Shown piece after piece: positions 30,936 through 41,736 of a stretch of 64,000 bases of DNA. This DNA comes from Chlorobiota bacterium (GTDB lineage: Bacteria > Bacteroidota > Ignavibacteria > Kapaibacteriales > NICIL-2): contig JBGAUL010000002.1 in assembly GCA_044228685.1 (NCBI GenBank), forward strand, positions 135,611-199,610. Reading direction: 5' to 3'. Under the pieces are notes generated by a model. It saw nothing but the letters and a program-made list of their open reading frames with translations. It did no database searches and was not told the DNA's origin. Positions within the stretch are counted from its first letter, which is position 1; each line of letters begins with the position of its first letter. The translations under genes and the position numbers were made by a program.

Positions 30936-31237
30936 GAGCGCTCTTGAATATGACTTTACAGAAAGTATGACTCACTACGATTGTTCACGCGGAAATCATG
31001 CAAGTCAATTCTTATGCTTGCTATTCCAATCGCGTTGCATTCAGCCATAAATGCAATGTCGTCGATAATATATCTTCACAACATCGTAAATATTTGCGTG
31101 ACCGACAATGAATGCACTGTGACAATCAGTGTTAAAGCACTTTGGCATTTTGTGACATATAGAATGCGCTATGCTCTACGGCAGTCTTTGCGCTTTACAA
31201 CACGCGTAGCTTGAAAAGACTCGGTTCGCTACCCGCT

Positions 31238-32089
31238 TTAGTGAGTAAGCGGTCTCTTCTTGATCATTCCACCGCGAGCATCTTTTACGCTACTCATCAC
31301 AACAAAGGCTTGATCATCGACTTCTGTAATCTGGGACGTCAAGGCACTTAACTCAAGACGTGTAATAACTGTGTACACGATGTCGACATCGGTTGTTGTG
31401 CCGTGAACGCCATAGCCACCCTTGCCTTTATAGACAGTGACGCCGCGACCGAGATTTTCAACGATAGCCAATCGTATCTCTTCGCTTCTAGCTGATATAA
31501 TGGTTACTCCAATGTACTCCTCAATTCCCTCGATAACGAAGTCAAGAGTCTTTGATGCAGCAACATAGGTGAGGATAGAGTACAGCGCGGTCTCAATCGA
31601 CAATAAGTACGCAGCTGACAGAAAGATCACAACATTGATAACTGCCATCATGTCACCGACCGTTGCGTGTATTATGCGACTCAAGTACAACGCCAGTATC
31701 TCAGTTCCATCCAACACTGCACCGCCTCTGATTGAAAGTCCGATACCCGCGCCCAGAAAAAAGCCACCGAACACAGCCACCAGTAATTTGTCGTGCGTCA
31801 CTTCTGGAAATGGTACGGTAGCTATCACCAGAGCCAATCCAACGATAGCTCCTCCTGCTCTCAACGCAAACCTCTTTCCGACTACAGAGAATCCAAGAAA
31901 GAGAAATGGAATGTTGAGTACAAGAATCAACACATACAAAGGCCATGATGTCAACTCACTCACTAACAGTGAGATACCCGTCACTCCTCCATCAATGAAT
32001 TTGTTGGGAAGTAGAAATGCCTCGAGTCCAAACGCAGCTGAAAAGATGCCCAAGACGATGAAGAGAATACTGCGAATTGAGTTGATCAT
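31238..32089 (-). CDS. YitT-family membrane protein (DUF161/DUF2179)
   Basis: 283 aa. FIDGGVTGISLL N-terminal motif and a C-terminal DUF2179-like region. Confidence 0.8.
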   Translation of the reverse strand: MINSIRSILFIVLGIFSAAFGLEAFLLPNKFIDGGVTGISLLVSELTSWPLYVLILVLNIPFLFLGFSVVGKRFALRAGGAIVGLALVIATVPFPEVTHDKLLVAVFGGFFLGAGIGLSIRGGAVLDGTEILALYLSRIIHATVGDMMAVINVVIFLSAAYLLSIETALYSILTYVAASKTLDFVIEGIEEYIGVTIISARSEEIRLAIVENLGRGVTVYKGKGGYGVHGTTTDVDIVYTVITRLELSALTSQITEVDDQAFVVMSSVKDARGGMIKKRPLTH

Positions 32090-32298
32090 GTGCCCTCCCT
32101 TTAATGTTAATGAAGCTCTAGCATTGGGCTAGAAAAATGTTTGAGAGTATTCGTTTGCAGCTCTTCCGTACGAGCTCACAGAGATGCAAAGGCTTTCGGA
32201 GTATATTTGGACTCACTAATGCCTGAGTCGGCACTATTAGCAACAACAAGGTGTCTGTTGCATTTCTTTACTCAAGCATGACATTACTACAGCCAATC

Positions 32299-33405
32299 AT
32301 GGTACAACGATTTACGCTGTTTATTCTTTTAGTAGTGTTGCAAACGGCAACTACAAATGCTCAGACAAGCTTTTTTCACGAGTCCTTCGATGATGAGTCC
32401 TACACTCAACGGGGTTGGTATGACAACAACAAGCTCGTCATCAGCTCAAGTGAGCACATAAAGTCCTCAACCGCCAGCGTTGAATTTCATTTCCTCAAAG
32501 GTGCACGTACTGCGACGAGTGGTGGAGGTATCAGACACCTGTTCAGTCCTAGTAACGAAGTCTATCTCAGCTACTGGATTAAATACAGTTTGAACTGGAC
32601 GGGATCGAATAAGCCTTATCATCCACACCAATTTCATTTTGTGACGACAGAGGACGACAAGTATGTCGGTCCTGCATACACGACCCTCACACTCTACATA
32701 GAAGAAAACGAAGGACATCCTCTGCTCGCCTTTCAAGATGCACGAAACATCGATACTGCACACATCAAAATTGACTTGTCTCAGACCTCGGAAAAGCGCG
32801 CTCTTGCCGGTTGCAATGGCAGCAGCGACGCTTATCCTGCAGGCGACTGCTATCAGTCCGGTGCATACTGGTTTAACGGAAAGCAATGGAAATCGCCATT
32901 GACCTGCTTCACTCAAGATCAAGGACCATATTTTCAAAACGATTGGCATCATGTCGAAGCCTACTTCCGTCTGAATTCAATCGAGAACGATCGCGCACAA
33001 GCTGACGGAATCGCGCAATATTGGTTCGATGATTCACTTATCATCGATGTGCGCAATACGATGTTTCGTACTGCTCAACATCCGAACATGATGTTCAACC
33101 AATTTCTCATGGCACCGTACATCGGTGATGGATCACCGGTAGACCAAACTATGTGGGTGGATGAGCTGAGTGTTGGCGATCGCAGACCCATTTTGAATAG
33201 CATCAACGAAGTGAATATCAGCGATGACTTCGAAGGAGATTATATCGTGCTTGACATCTTGGGAAGGACCGTTAAAACAATCACGGGACTCAGCCCTTCA
33301 TCGACTCAATTTCAGCTACAGGATCTCAGTCCTGGCATCTATTGTTTGTACCGCATAGCTAGCAATACTCGCGTCACTCGGAACTTAATCGTAGTGAGAC
33401 AATAG
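32299..33405 (+). CDS. secreted protein of unknown function with T9SS CTD
   Basis: Signal peptide MVQRFTLFILLVVLQTATTNAQ. C-terminal YIVLDILGRTVKTI...PGIYCLYRIASNTRVTRNLIVV. Confidence 0.55.
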   Translation: MVQRFTLFILLVVLQTATTNAQTSFFHESFDDESYTQRGWYDNNKLVISSSEHIKSSTASVEFHFLKGARTATSGGGIRHLFSPSNEVYLSYWIKYSLNWTGSNKPYHPHQFHFVTTEDDKYVGPAYTTLTLYIEENEGHPLLAFQDARNIDTAHIKIDLSQTSEKRALAGCNGSSDAYPAGDCYQSGAYWFNGKQWKSPLTCFTQDQGPYFQNDWHHVEAYFRLNSIENDRAQADGIAQYWFDDSLIIDVRNTMFRTAQHPNMMFNQFLMAPYIGDGSPVDQTMWVDELSVGDRRPILNSINEVNISDDFEGDYIVLDILGRTVKTITGLSPSSTQFQLQDLSPGIYCLYRIASNTRVTRNLIVVRQ

Positions 33406-33722
33406 GCACACAACAATGAAACGCCTTTGTCATTGAGTCAGATACCTGGCTATCGCTTTATAAGTATCGCTCGTGCCGCCTTCCCTATCCAAGTGTTGTG
33501 CAACCTTTCTCCGTCTAAGCACGACTTTCGCCTTTCATTCCTCTTCTATCTGCCGGCAATTACACATTGTCCTAATGTTGGCAATCGAGTCTTTTCATGC
33601 GCTTCACGACTTGATGTATTCAAACAACCTGCATGACGCTTAGTTTTGTGCACACATAGGCTGTGAATCGATGCTCGAGAAGATTCGATGTTAAGAGTGG
33701 AACAGCTTTACTGAGATCATAG

Positions 33723-34727
33723 ATGAGACTTTTGGCTTGTATAATATTCGCTACCTCGCTGCTGTGTTTGCTTTCAAGCCAAGCGCAGGTCAATGGCAAG
33801 GCAGCAACACGCCCGAAGACAGACGTACGAACAACCCTTAGCGATTGCACTAAGGCCATAGAACTCAACCCGAATGATACTGCAGCCTATTTCAAACGCG
33901 CGCTAGCGAAAGAGACTTTAGGTGACCGCAAGGGAGCAGTACTGGATTTGGGCAAATGTTTGGAGATTGATCCGAAGCATGCCAAAGCATTGTGCAAGCG
34001 GGCGGCGATCAAACATCGTCAAGGTGACCTTCGCGGTGCCTTGCAGGATTACAGTCAAGCGATCCGCGTCAAACCATCATTCTCCGACGCCTACTTCTAC
34101 CGCGCGGCACTCAAAGCAGAATTGGGTGATGCAAAGGGCGCGATTGCTGATTACAACAAGAGCATCGTCTTGGAGCCAAGTTATGTAGACGCCTATCTCA
34201 AACGCGCCGAGGTCAAACTCTCCATCGGCGATGGTTGGTCGGCACTCGATGACTACACCAAAGCAATCAAACTAGATCCTCGCAATGCAGATGCCTACGA
34301 AGCGCGCGCACGGGCTCGAGCGATGGCACACGATTATGAAGCAACCATTGCTGATTGCAACAAAGCGCTCTCACTCGATTCAACTTTGATCAGCGTTTAC
34401 CGCATCCGCGCTACTGCTCGCGCCGGACGCAAGGATTTCCATAGTGCCTTGGCAGATTACAACAAAGCACTCACCCGCGACACCAATGATGTCGAGGCCT
34501 ATTTCGGTCGCGCATCTGTGCGCAATGAGCTTCGAGATTTTGTCGGAGCTGTGAGCGACTACGACATGGTACTGCAACGCGAGAACACACACGCGCAAGC
34601 CTACAACAACCGTGGTCTTTCAAAGATCAGCACAGGTGATACCGAAGGCGGCTGCAAGGATATACAGACTGCAATTCAGCTAGGCTTAGCCTCAGCAAAG
34701 GAATACGCCGAACGTTTCTGCAAGTAA
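33723..34727 (+). CDS. secreted TPR-repeat protein
   Basis: About 8 consecutive 34-aa TPR units (AxxAYxxRA repeats) and a signal peptide. Confidence 0.8.
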   Translation: MRLLACIIFATSLLCLLSSQAQVNGKAATRPKTDVRTTLSDCTKAIELNPNDTAAYFKRALAKETLGDRKGAVLDLGKCLEIDPKHAKALCKRAAIKHRQGDLRGALQDYSQAIRVKPSFSDAYFYRAALKAELGDAKGAIADYNKSIVLEPSYVDAYLKRAEVKLSIGDGWSALDDYTKAIKLDPRNADAYEARARARAMAHDYEATIADCNKALSLDSTLISVYRIRATARAGRKDFHSALADYNKALTRDTNDVEAYFGRASVRNELRDFVGAVSDYDMVLQRENTHAQAYNNRGLSKISTGDTEGGCKDIQTAIQLGLASAKEYAERFCK

Positions 34728-34736
34728 GCGACTACT

Positions 34737-35666
34737 ATGAAGCACTTCACCGACGATACAATTGCATGGTTGCTTGAAGGTGATGTCAGTATTCAATTTC
34801 AAGTACAACGCGATTTGTTAGCTGTTACGAAGCCAGGCTTGCAGCGACGAATTGCGACTGAAGGTTTCGGTGCGAAGCTTCTCGCGCATCAAAGAGATGA
34901 CGGACATTGGGGAAATGGTTACTACTCGCCAAAGTGGACTTCGACTCACTACACCCTATTGCTTCTTCGGCATCTCAATATCTCGCCTCGCGTACCTGAG
35001 GTACGTCGTGCTCTCGATCTCATCTTTGAACATGAGAAACAATCCGATGGCGGTATTGGTCCCAAAAACAAAGCGAGCATTAGCGACGTCTGTGTAAACG
35101 GCATGATGCTGAATACTGCTACATACTTCGGTGTCGCAGAGTCGAAGTTAAAATCTGTTGTTGACTTTCTACTCAGTCAACACATGTCCGATGGTGGTTT
35201 TAATTGTCGCTCGAACCACGGCAAACCGGTTCACAGCTCGTTGCACAGTACGCTTTCAGTACTCGAGGGAATTCATGAGTACTGCTTGCATGCATACCGC
35301 TATCGTCGTGAGGAGTTGACGATGGCCGCAGAAGCCAGTCGAGAGTTCATCCTCATGCACCGTCTCTATCGCTCAGACAAAAGCGGTAACATCATCAAAT
35401 CTGCGTTTTTGCAATTCTGCTTCCCGCCACATTGGTACTACGATGTTCTACGAGCAATGGACTATTTTCAAAACGCCAATGTGAAATATGATCAGCGCAT
35501 GGACGATGCCCTCGACCTCATTCAATCAAAACAAAACGGAGATGGTCGTTGGACACTCGCACGACCTCACGCCGGACAAGTCTATTTTCACATGGAAAAA
35601 GTCGGATTGGCAAGTCGGTGGAATACACTTCGTGCTCTGCGTGTTCTGCAACACTATTGCAAATGA
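34737..35666 (+). CDS. alpha/alpha-toroid repeat protein (prenyltransferase / squalene-cyclase-like QxxDGGW repeats), cytoplasmic
   Basis: Repeats QRDDGHWG, KQSDGGIG, QHMSDGGF, KQNGDGRW. No signal peptide. Starts 10 bp after the TPR gene. Confidence 0.5.
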   Translation: MKHFTDDTIAWLLEGDVSIQFQVQRDLLAVTKPGLQRRIATEGFGAKLLAHQRDDGHWGNGYYSPKWTSTHYTLLLLRHLNISPRVPEVRRALDLIFEHEKQSDGGIGPKNKASISDVCVNGMMLNTATYFGVAESKLKSVVDFLLSQHMSDGGFNCRSNHGKPVHSSLHSTLSVLEGIHEYCLHAYRYRREELTMAAEASREFILMHRLYRSDKSGNIIKSAFLQFCFPPHWYYDVLRAMDYFQNANVKYDQRMDDALDLIQSKQNGDGRWTLARPHAGQVYFHMEKVGLASRWNTLRALRVLQHYCK

Positions 35667-35701
35667 TGACCTCTTCAGGTCGATTAATGGTTTGATTCGA
35701 T

Positions 35702-36442
35702 CTACTTCATTCTAAACTCGCACTTCATCTCGAATCGAATCTTGATCTTCTCAAAGTTTGGTGCCGGAGCTCTATCGAGTGAGATTTCGTCTTGCCTAAT
35801 TGAATTGGAGAACTTGCCTACACTCCTGGCTAAAGCACTATAATCACTGCCCTCGCCTTCAACTTCACGAATGGACAAAGCGTCTGCCACTTCTTCACCT
35901 ACGCTGTGGGCTAAGTACTCTGCTTTGGCCTTCGCTGCGATCAGCGCTTGTTTCTTGACTTCCTTGCGCAACTCCGTTATGTCGCTGCGTTGGGTTTTGA
36001 CGATGCCATAGTTCTCAATAGACTGTTCATTGAGTTTAGCCACCAGCTTGTCAAGTTTCTCGACGCCATGCACCTTGAGTGTGTAGCTGATGGAGTTCAT
36101 AAACTCGGGCTCTTTCTTTGATCGACGAAAGGGAAAGTAGGACCATCGCTCGTCACCATTATATCCCGAGATGCTGATGCTTGAATCCGAAATGCCGACT
36201 GCCGCGCACTGTGCGAGGAATGCAGCTTTGATCGTGTCGAGCTTAACCTTGATCTTTCCAGGTCCCATATATTCTTTCAGAGAAACGCTCAAGAATATCT
36301 CGTCCGGCAGGACTTCCATTTCGGAACTCCCGGTGACTTCGATCTTCTTGACAGCATCAGACTTCGACGCTCCGCTACTGCAGGATGAGAGAGCAAGAGA
36401 CAAACACAGTGCAGCCAAAAAGCACACAGATAAGTACTTCAT
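35702..36442 (-). CDS. SIMPL-domain (DUF541) lipoprotein
   Basis: Lipobox LALSSC. About 245 aa. Confidence 0.5.
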   Translation of the reverse strand: MKYLSVCFLAALCLSLALSSCSSGASKSDAVKKIEVTGSSEMEVLPDEIFLSVSLKEYMGPGKIKVKLDTIKAAFLAQCAAVGISDSSISISGYNGDERWSYFPFRRSKKEPEFMNSISYTLKVHGVEKLDKLVAKLNEQSIENYGIVKTQRSDITELRKEVKKQALIAAKAKAEYLAHSVGEEVADALSIREVEGEGSDYSALARSVGKFSNSIRQDEISLDRAPAPNFEKIKIRFEMKCEFRMK

Positions 36443-36753
36443 ACAAAACCTCATAATGTTGAAAGGAATGACGACCCAAAGTCTTTACCGCACTCGTAGG
36501 AAGGATGATTTTGCGGTGATTGTCGGGACAGTCCAAACATAGTCTTTGGAATATTGTCCCGCGCACATCATAATGTTCTTTAACCACAATTAACGTTCCT
36601 AAGCACTACAATTCTTCTGCAAACCAATATCGAAGTGATCGACTCAATGCACTGCTAATCGAGAATTGGTCGCCCTAACTAATCGATTCCAAAATTTGGT
36701 TCTCCCTGAACATCATTTCTCAACTATTTCAAAAAAATAGTTGCGCAGCTAGG

Positions 36754-36777
36754 TGGCTGCATATTAACTTGCAGCCA
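36754..36777. promoter_or_regulatory. perfect inverted repeat TGGCTGCA-N8-TGCAGCCA, candidate operator of the downstream ArsR
   Basis: Read directly, about 45 bp upstream of the ArsR start at 36823. Additional GCAGC half-sites flank it. Confidence 0.4.
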
Positions 36778-36822
36778 AATAGCTGCACGTTTATAACGCG
36801 TTTATTACGGAGTGTATTAGCG

Positions 36823-37143
36823 ATGGAATCACGGAGAGATGTTTTTCAGGCGATTGCGGATCCGACGCGTCGGGCGATTCTGACTTTGCTGGCGGTGCAG
36901 GCATTGACGCCGGGGGCGATTGCGGACAATTTTGATTCATCCCGACAGACCATTTCACGGCATATACAGATTCTCACGGAGTGCGAGTTGTTGCGACAGG
37001 AGCAGAGTGGACGGGAAATCTATTACGAACTCAACGCGAAGAAGATGAAAGAAGTCGCAGACTTTATCGAACCATTTCGCGCAATGTGGGACGCACGTTT
37101 CAATAAGCTGCAGGCGGTCATGTCGAAGTATAAGAACAAATAA
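36823..37143 (+). CDS. ArsR/SmtB-family transcriptional regulator
   Basis: [13 protein letters not shown]...[14 protein letters not shown]. Confidence 0.85.
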   Translation: MESRRDVFQAIADPTRRAILTLLAVQALTPGAIADNFDSSRQTISRHIQILTECELLRQEQSGREIYYELNAKKMKEVADFIEPFRAMWDARFNKLQAVMSKYKNK

Positions 37144-37148
37144 ACACT

Positions 37149-37622
37149 ATGGAAGCAAAGACAATAGTTGATGTACTTGATAGACGGCAGGATGTCAGGA
37201 TTCGTCGCGACTTCGATCTGCCTGTCGATCTACTCTACAAAGCATATGTTATTCCCGAAATCGTAGAAGAATGGATGGGCACCAAAGTTCTCAAGCTCAA
37301 TCATGAGAACCATGGCAGTTATCAATTCGAAACGACTGATCCCCGTGGCATGAAGCATGGCTTCAGCGGGTGTATTCACGAGTGTGTTGAAAATGAAAAG
37401 ATCACGCGCACATTTGAAATGGAGAACGCGCCCTATAGTGTGCAGCTCGAGTTCTTGGAATTTGAAGCTATCGATGAGGAGCATAGCACATTACGAATGC
37501 ACATCGTGTATAAGTCCGTAGAGCATCGTGATCAAATGCTGCAGCTCGGTGTAGCGCGAGGCATGAACATGGCACACAATCGATTGGAAAAGGCTGTTCA
37601 ATCATTTAGACAACGATCATGA
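37149..37622 (+). CDS. SRPBCC / AHSA1 (activator of Hsp90 ATPase homolog)-like protein
   Basis: 157 aa. The usual partner of ArsR in such operons. Confidence 0.7.
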   Translation: MEAKTIVDVLDRRQDVRIRRDFDLPVDLLYKAYVIPEIVEEWMGTKVLKLNHENHGSYQFETTDPRGMKHGFSGCIHECVENEKITRTFEMENAPYSVQLEFLEFEAIDEEHSTLRMHIVYKSVEHRDQMLQLGVARGMNMAHNRLEKAVQSFRQRS

Positions 37623-38011
37623 GCAAGAGAAACACAATCATCTACTGGGTATTTACCTTATGGGCTTCACTGGGTATGGTCTCGACCGCAATAGTGCAAC
37701 TCATGCATGCACCGGCTGAGGTAGAGAACATGCAGCACTTAGGTTATCCCATTTACTTCCTGACACTGTTGGGCACATGGAAATGTCTTGGAGTTATCGC
37801 AATTCTTATCCCGCGCTTCCCTCTCCTTAAAGAATGGGCATACGCAGGATTCGTTTTCGCTATGAGCGGCGCAACGATTTCACGTTTAGCTTGCGGTGAT
37901 GCGATCACGCAGATTTTTCCTTCGCTATTACTCTTGACCCTGGTTGTAATCTCGTGGTACTTTAGACCGGCTGACCGAAGAGTTCAATCACTACGACTAC
38001 AGGTGCAGTAA
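37619..38011 (+). CDS. DoxX-family membrane protein
   Basis: 130 aa with 4 TM helices. ATGA overlap with the upstream gene. Confidence 0.6.
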   Translation: MSKRNTIIYWVFTLWASLGMVSTAIVQLMHAPAEVENMQHLGYPIYFLTLLGTWKCLGVIAILIPRFPLLKEWAYAGFVFAMSGATISRLACGDAITQIFPSLLLLTLVVISWYFRPADRRVQSLRLQVQ

Positions 38012-38590
38012 ATGAACAGCAAAGTTGACTCATACATTCGTCGTTCAGAAAAATGGAGTGCCGAAATGTCACTGCTCCGCGAGATTCTTCTCGACACCGA
38101 ACTTGGCGAAGAATTGAAGTGGGGTGTGCCTTGTTATACCATAGGCAAATCGAACGTGGTGCTAATGCACGAGTTCAAGGATTACTGCGCTTTGTTGTTT
38201 ACCCAAGGAGCCTTGCTGAAGGATCCGAAGAAGCTACTCATTCAGCAAACGGAAAACGTACAGGCTGCGCGACACCTGCGCTTTACGAGTGAAGCACAAG
38301 TACGCAAGCTGCGTGCTGTGATTAAGTCCTATGTGCTCGAAGCAATAGCGAATCACAAAGCCGGCTTGAAGGTTGCGAAGAAGAAAACCGAGGACTACGC
38401 AATACCGGAAGAGTTTCAAATTCGCTTGAAAGAATCAGCTCGCTTAAAGGCGTGCTTCTATGCTCTCACCCCAGGTCGACAGCGCGGGTACTTGTTGTTC
38501 TTCGCAGGAGCAAAACAATCCAAGACGCGTGAGTCGAGAATCGATAAGTACATCGATCACATTCTCGAGGGCAAAGGTTTGGATGATTAA
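38012..38590 (+). CDS. YdeI/DUF1801-family protein
   Basis: 192 aa, DUF1801-like N-terminus and YdeI-like C-terminus. Starts 1 bp after the DoxX gene. Confidence 0.65.
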   Translation: MNSKVDSYIRRSEKWSAEMSLLREILLDTELGEELKWGVPCYTIGKSNVVLMHEFKDYCALLFTQGALLKDPKKLLIQQTENVQAARHLRFTSEAQVRKLRAVIKSYVLEAIANHKAGLKVAKKKTEDYAIPEEFQIRLKESARLKACFYALTPGRQRGYLLFFAGAKQSKTRESRIDKYIDHILEGKGLDD

Positions 38591-39849
38591 GTCGTTTGGA
38601 CTCGAGGTTTGAACCAGAACAGAATCGCGCCCGTAACGGCAAAGGCGGCAGCACAGATGAGCATGGCGCGGGAATGGGAGTATTTGTCGGCAAGTATGCC
38701 GGCTACAGGACCACTGGCAGCAAAGAGAGCGCGTGTGATGAGTTGACGAAGAGAGAGTATCGTCGCACGACGATCACTCGTCACAATCTGATTGATCGCA
38801 CTGGTAAAGATCGGAGGATTCACGCCTCGCACGAAATAGAAGAGCAGCAGGAACGGCATACTCCACAAGGCTTGAAAGCTACCACACAGCGTGAAGCCTG
38901 CGACGATTGCAAACAAGAACAGAAGGTGTATGTGATTGTCCTTGATGTGCTTTGATATCTTGTGCGTGCTGATTGAGAAAAATCCTTCGCAGAGATTGCT
39001 AATCGTCCATGCGAAGCCGATCAGAAATGACGGCAGACCACAACTCACCAAATAGGGCTGCACAAACCAAATCATGACAATTGCAGCTGAACCAACCGTG
39101 CCTGAAAACAACAGCATCCAGCGCAGCACGGCGTTTTCAACCATTGATTCTTTGAGTATAGTCCACATAGCTTTGAGCGAAGCCGAAGACTGGTGCAGTC
39201 TGTGCTTTGCTGGTTCGACAAGTTGAAGTGCAATGGGAATGGTGAAGATGATGCAGAAGAACTGAATCTTGATTGGCAATCCAATGCTTATAAAAGCAAC
39301 TAAGCCTCCGGCAATACCGGCGATGCTCTTGGAGAAGTTTGCGATGGAGTTTTGACGACCTTCGGATCGCAGACTTCGCTCCGTCTCTCCCAATTCCAAC
39401 AATGTGTCAAAGAGTATTGCGGAATCTGTTCCGCTGATAAAGGCAAGTCCGACGCCGTAACAACACTCCGCAATGATGATTGGCCAAAAGCTGTAAGCAA
39501 AACAATAGAGTGCGGCTGCCAAGGTACTTATTGAAGCGCCGATGATGAGTGTTCGTCGACGTCCCCAGACGTCGGAAATGTAGCCGGATGGAATCTCAAA
39601 CAACACTGAGGTTATTGAGAATGCCGATTGCGTCAGCATGACCTCCGTCATGCTCAGTCCCAAAGACTGATAGTAAATCACAATAATGGAGTTCATGATC
39701 ACAAAGCCACGAACTGCCTGGAACACACCAATCCACTTGAGATTGGCGTGCAGTTGTTTCAGTCGGACTGGATCCACGAGGAGTGTAGAAGTTGAGGCGT
39801 ATAAATTACATAGATAATATTCAATCAATTTCAGCTCATCCGCAAACAA
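38587..39849 (-). CDS. MFS transporter
   Basis: 12 TM helices and a GRRR loop (DVWGRRRTLII). The true start may be at the internal Met MNSIIVIYY near 39696. Confidence 0.8.
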   Translation of the reverse strand: MFADELKLIEYYLCNLYASTSTLLVDPVRLKQLHANLKWIGVFQAVRGFVIMNSIIVIYYQSLGLSMTEVMLTQSAFSITSVLFEIPSGYISDVWGRRRTLIIGASISTLAAALYCFAYSFWPIIIAECCYGVGLAFISGTDSAILFDTLLELGETERSLRSEGRQNSIANFSKSIAGIAGGLVAFISIGLPIKIQFFCIIFTIPIALQLVEPAKHRLHQSSASLKAMWTILKESMVENAVLRWMLLFSGTVGSAAIVMIWFVQPYLVSCGLPSFLIGFAWTISNLCEGFFSISTHKISKHIKDNHIHLLFLFAIVAGFTLCGSFQALWSMPFLLLFYFVRGVNPPIFTSAINQIVTSDRRATILSLRQLITRALFAASGPVAGILADKYSHSRAMLICAAAFAVTGAILFWFKPRVQTT

Positions 39850-40017
39850 TGCCGCTCTTTACAAAGTTTGAGTGTCAGTCGTACCACGTCGATGACTTTT
39901 ACTACTCGGTCTACTAGCAACGGTATGAGGTAGTTTAAAAGACCCTCTTGTCGCTAAACAATTCACGTGCGATTGTGGGACGTATATTAGTCAAGTTGTT
40001 AGGCTTCAGCGAAACAG

Positions 40018-40629
40018 GTGCATAACGGTTTTACGATCGAACCAGTCGTGAATTACATTTCGACGATATTGATATTTACCTGCTGCCTACATGTCGCACA
40101 GAGTCGACTGGGCGCACAGGCATTTGACACTCTTGCTTTACGAACCAGATTGGGTGAGATACAACGCAGAGATCAAATGACGCGTAAAGGCACAGATTCG
40201 GTTGCCTTCAGGCAAGCCATTGACAGTCAGAATGTGCAGCAAATCATTTCGATAATTGACAGCTTGGGTTGGCTGAGTATTCAGGCTGTTGGCGTCCAAG
40301 CGAATCGCACTCTGTGGCTTGTTCTCCAGCATGCTAATCTCGAAACGCAACTACGTTACTTCCCGCTTCTTAAGAAATCTGTTGAACGCGGTGAGTCAAA
40401 CGCAATTGAGATGGCATATCTGGAAGATCGTATTCGGATGAGAACCGGTCGCAAGCAGCTTTATGGAACTCAGATAGTCAAGACCGAATCAGGCTCTTCC
40501 GAGTTCTATCAAATTGAGGACGAGGAACATGTAAACCACCGACGTCTTGCATTAGGATTGGAACCGATTGAGGAGTATGCAAAGCGCTTCGGCATAATCT
40601 ACACAATACCGTCTCATAAAAATGAGTAG
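40018..40629 (+). CDS. hypothetical protein (DUF-type, signal-like N-terminus)
   Basis: 203 aa ORF. Its end overlaps the start of the next gene. Confidence 0.4.
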   Translation: MHNGFTIEPVVNYISTILIFTCCLHVAQSRLGAQAFDTLALRTRLGEIQRRDQMTRKGTDSVAFRQAIDSQNVQQIISIIDSLGWLSIQAVGVQANRTLWLVLQHANLETQLRYFPLLKKSVERGESNAIEMAYLEDRIRMRTGRKQLYGTQIVKTESGSSEFYQIEDEEHVNHRRLALGLEPIEEYAKRFGIIYTIPSHKNE

Positions 40630-41248
40630 TACAAAGAACCACTGGGAGAATGTTTACACCACAAAACTTTCTCACGAGTTGAGCTGGACCCAACAGGAGC
40701 CAACACTTGCTCTACGATTTGTAGATACGATTCGTTTGACAAGCTCGTCTCGAATAATCGATGTTGGTGGAGGAGATAGTAAACTGGTAGACTATTTGTT
40801 GGCTAAGGGATTCAGCGATATTACCGTGTTGGACATCTCTTCACAGGCATTGCTACGAGCTCAAGAACGTCTCGGTGATGCTGCGTCACGGGTTAAGTGG
40901 ATCGAGTGTGATATAACCGATTTCCAACCAAAGGTGAAATACGACTTTTGGCATGATCGCGCAACGTTCCACTTCTTGACTGAGGCCGATGAAGTAGATC
41001 GATACCTTTCGTTGGCACGAACCTGGGTTGAATCGTATTTGCTAATCAGTACATTTTCTGAAAATGGGCCAATGAAATGCAGCTCACTTGGCGTGAAGAG
41101 GTACAGCGAAACTGACCTAAGTACCGCACTTGAAAATGGATTTGAGAAAATAGAATGTTCACATGAAAATCACGTGACACCTTTTCGCACAGTACAAAGT
41201 TTTCTTTGCTGTAGTTTTAGAAAATCTAAACAAACATCTATCTCTTAG
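40622..41248 (+). CDS. class I SAM-dependent methyltransferase
   Basis: IIDVGGGDSKLVDYLL (motif I) and VLDIS. Confidence 0.8.
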   Translation: MSSTKNHWENVYTTKLSHELSWTQQEPTLALRFVDTIRLTSSSRIIDVGGGDSKLVDYLLAKGFSDITVLDISSQALLRAQERLGDAASRVKWIECDITDFQPKVKYDFWHDRATFHFLTEADEVDRYLSLARTWVESYLLISTFSENGPMKCSSLGVKRYSETDLSTALENGFEKIECSHENHVTPFRTVQSFLCCSFRKSKQTSIS

Positions 41249-41323
41249 CTCTGCTCAAACATCGTAAACGACCAGATCTTCGGAACTAATTACAATCAGT
41301 CACTCATTCTAGTACTCTCGTAA

Positions 41324-41638
41324 ATGACAAACAAACTTCATTACATCGCGTACCTCAAACCATGTCGTCCGGACTTCGCGCAAACACTAAGCGAAAGCGA
41401 GTACGATATCATGAGTCGTCATTTTCAATACTGGATCCCCTTCATGGAAAACGGAACCATGATGATCATGGGCTTAGTTGCCGATCCCGTCAGCTACTAC
41501 GGTATGGGAATCTTAGAAGTGGATTCAGAAGAGCATTTGAAAACTCTACTAGCCGGCGATCCTGCTTCGCAGATTAACACGTGGGAATATGCGCCGATGC
41601 ATCCTCACACAAGAATGACTTTGCAACGCAGTGCCTGA
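41324..41638 (+). CDS. YciI-like small protein
   Basis: 104 aa with a ferredoxin-like fold pattern. Weak call. Confidence 0.45.
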   Translation: MTNKLHYIAYLKPCRPDFAQTLSESEYDIMSRHFQYWIPFMENGTMMIMGLVADPVSYYGMGILEVDSEEHLKTLLAGDPASQINTWEYAPMHPHTRMTLQRSA

Positions 41639-41736
41639 TTTCGTGCGACAAGCAAAGACTCGCGGTGCTATTAGCATCAACGCGAGCATCAACACTCAAT
41701 CAAATCAGCTACTATACTGGATGAATTGCGCTCATC

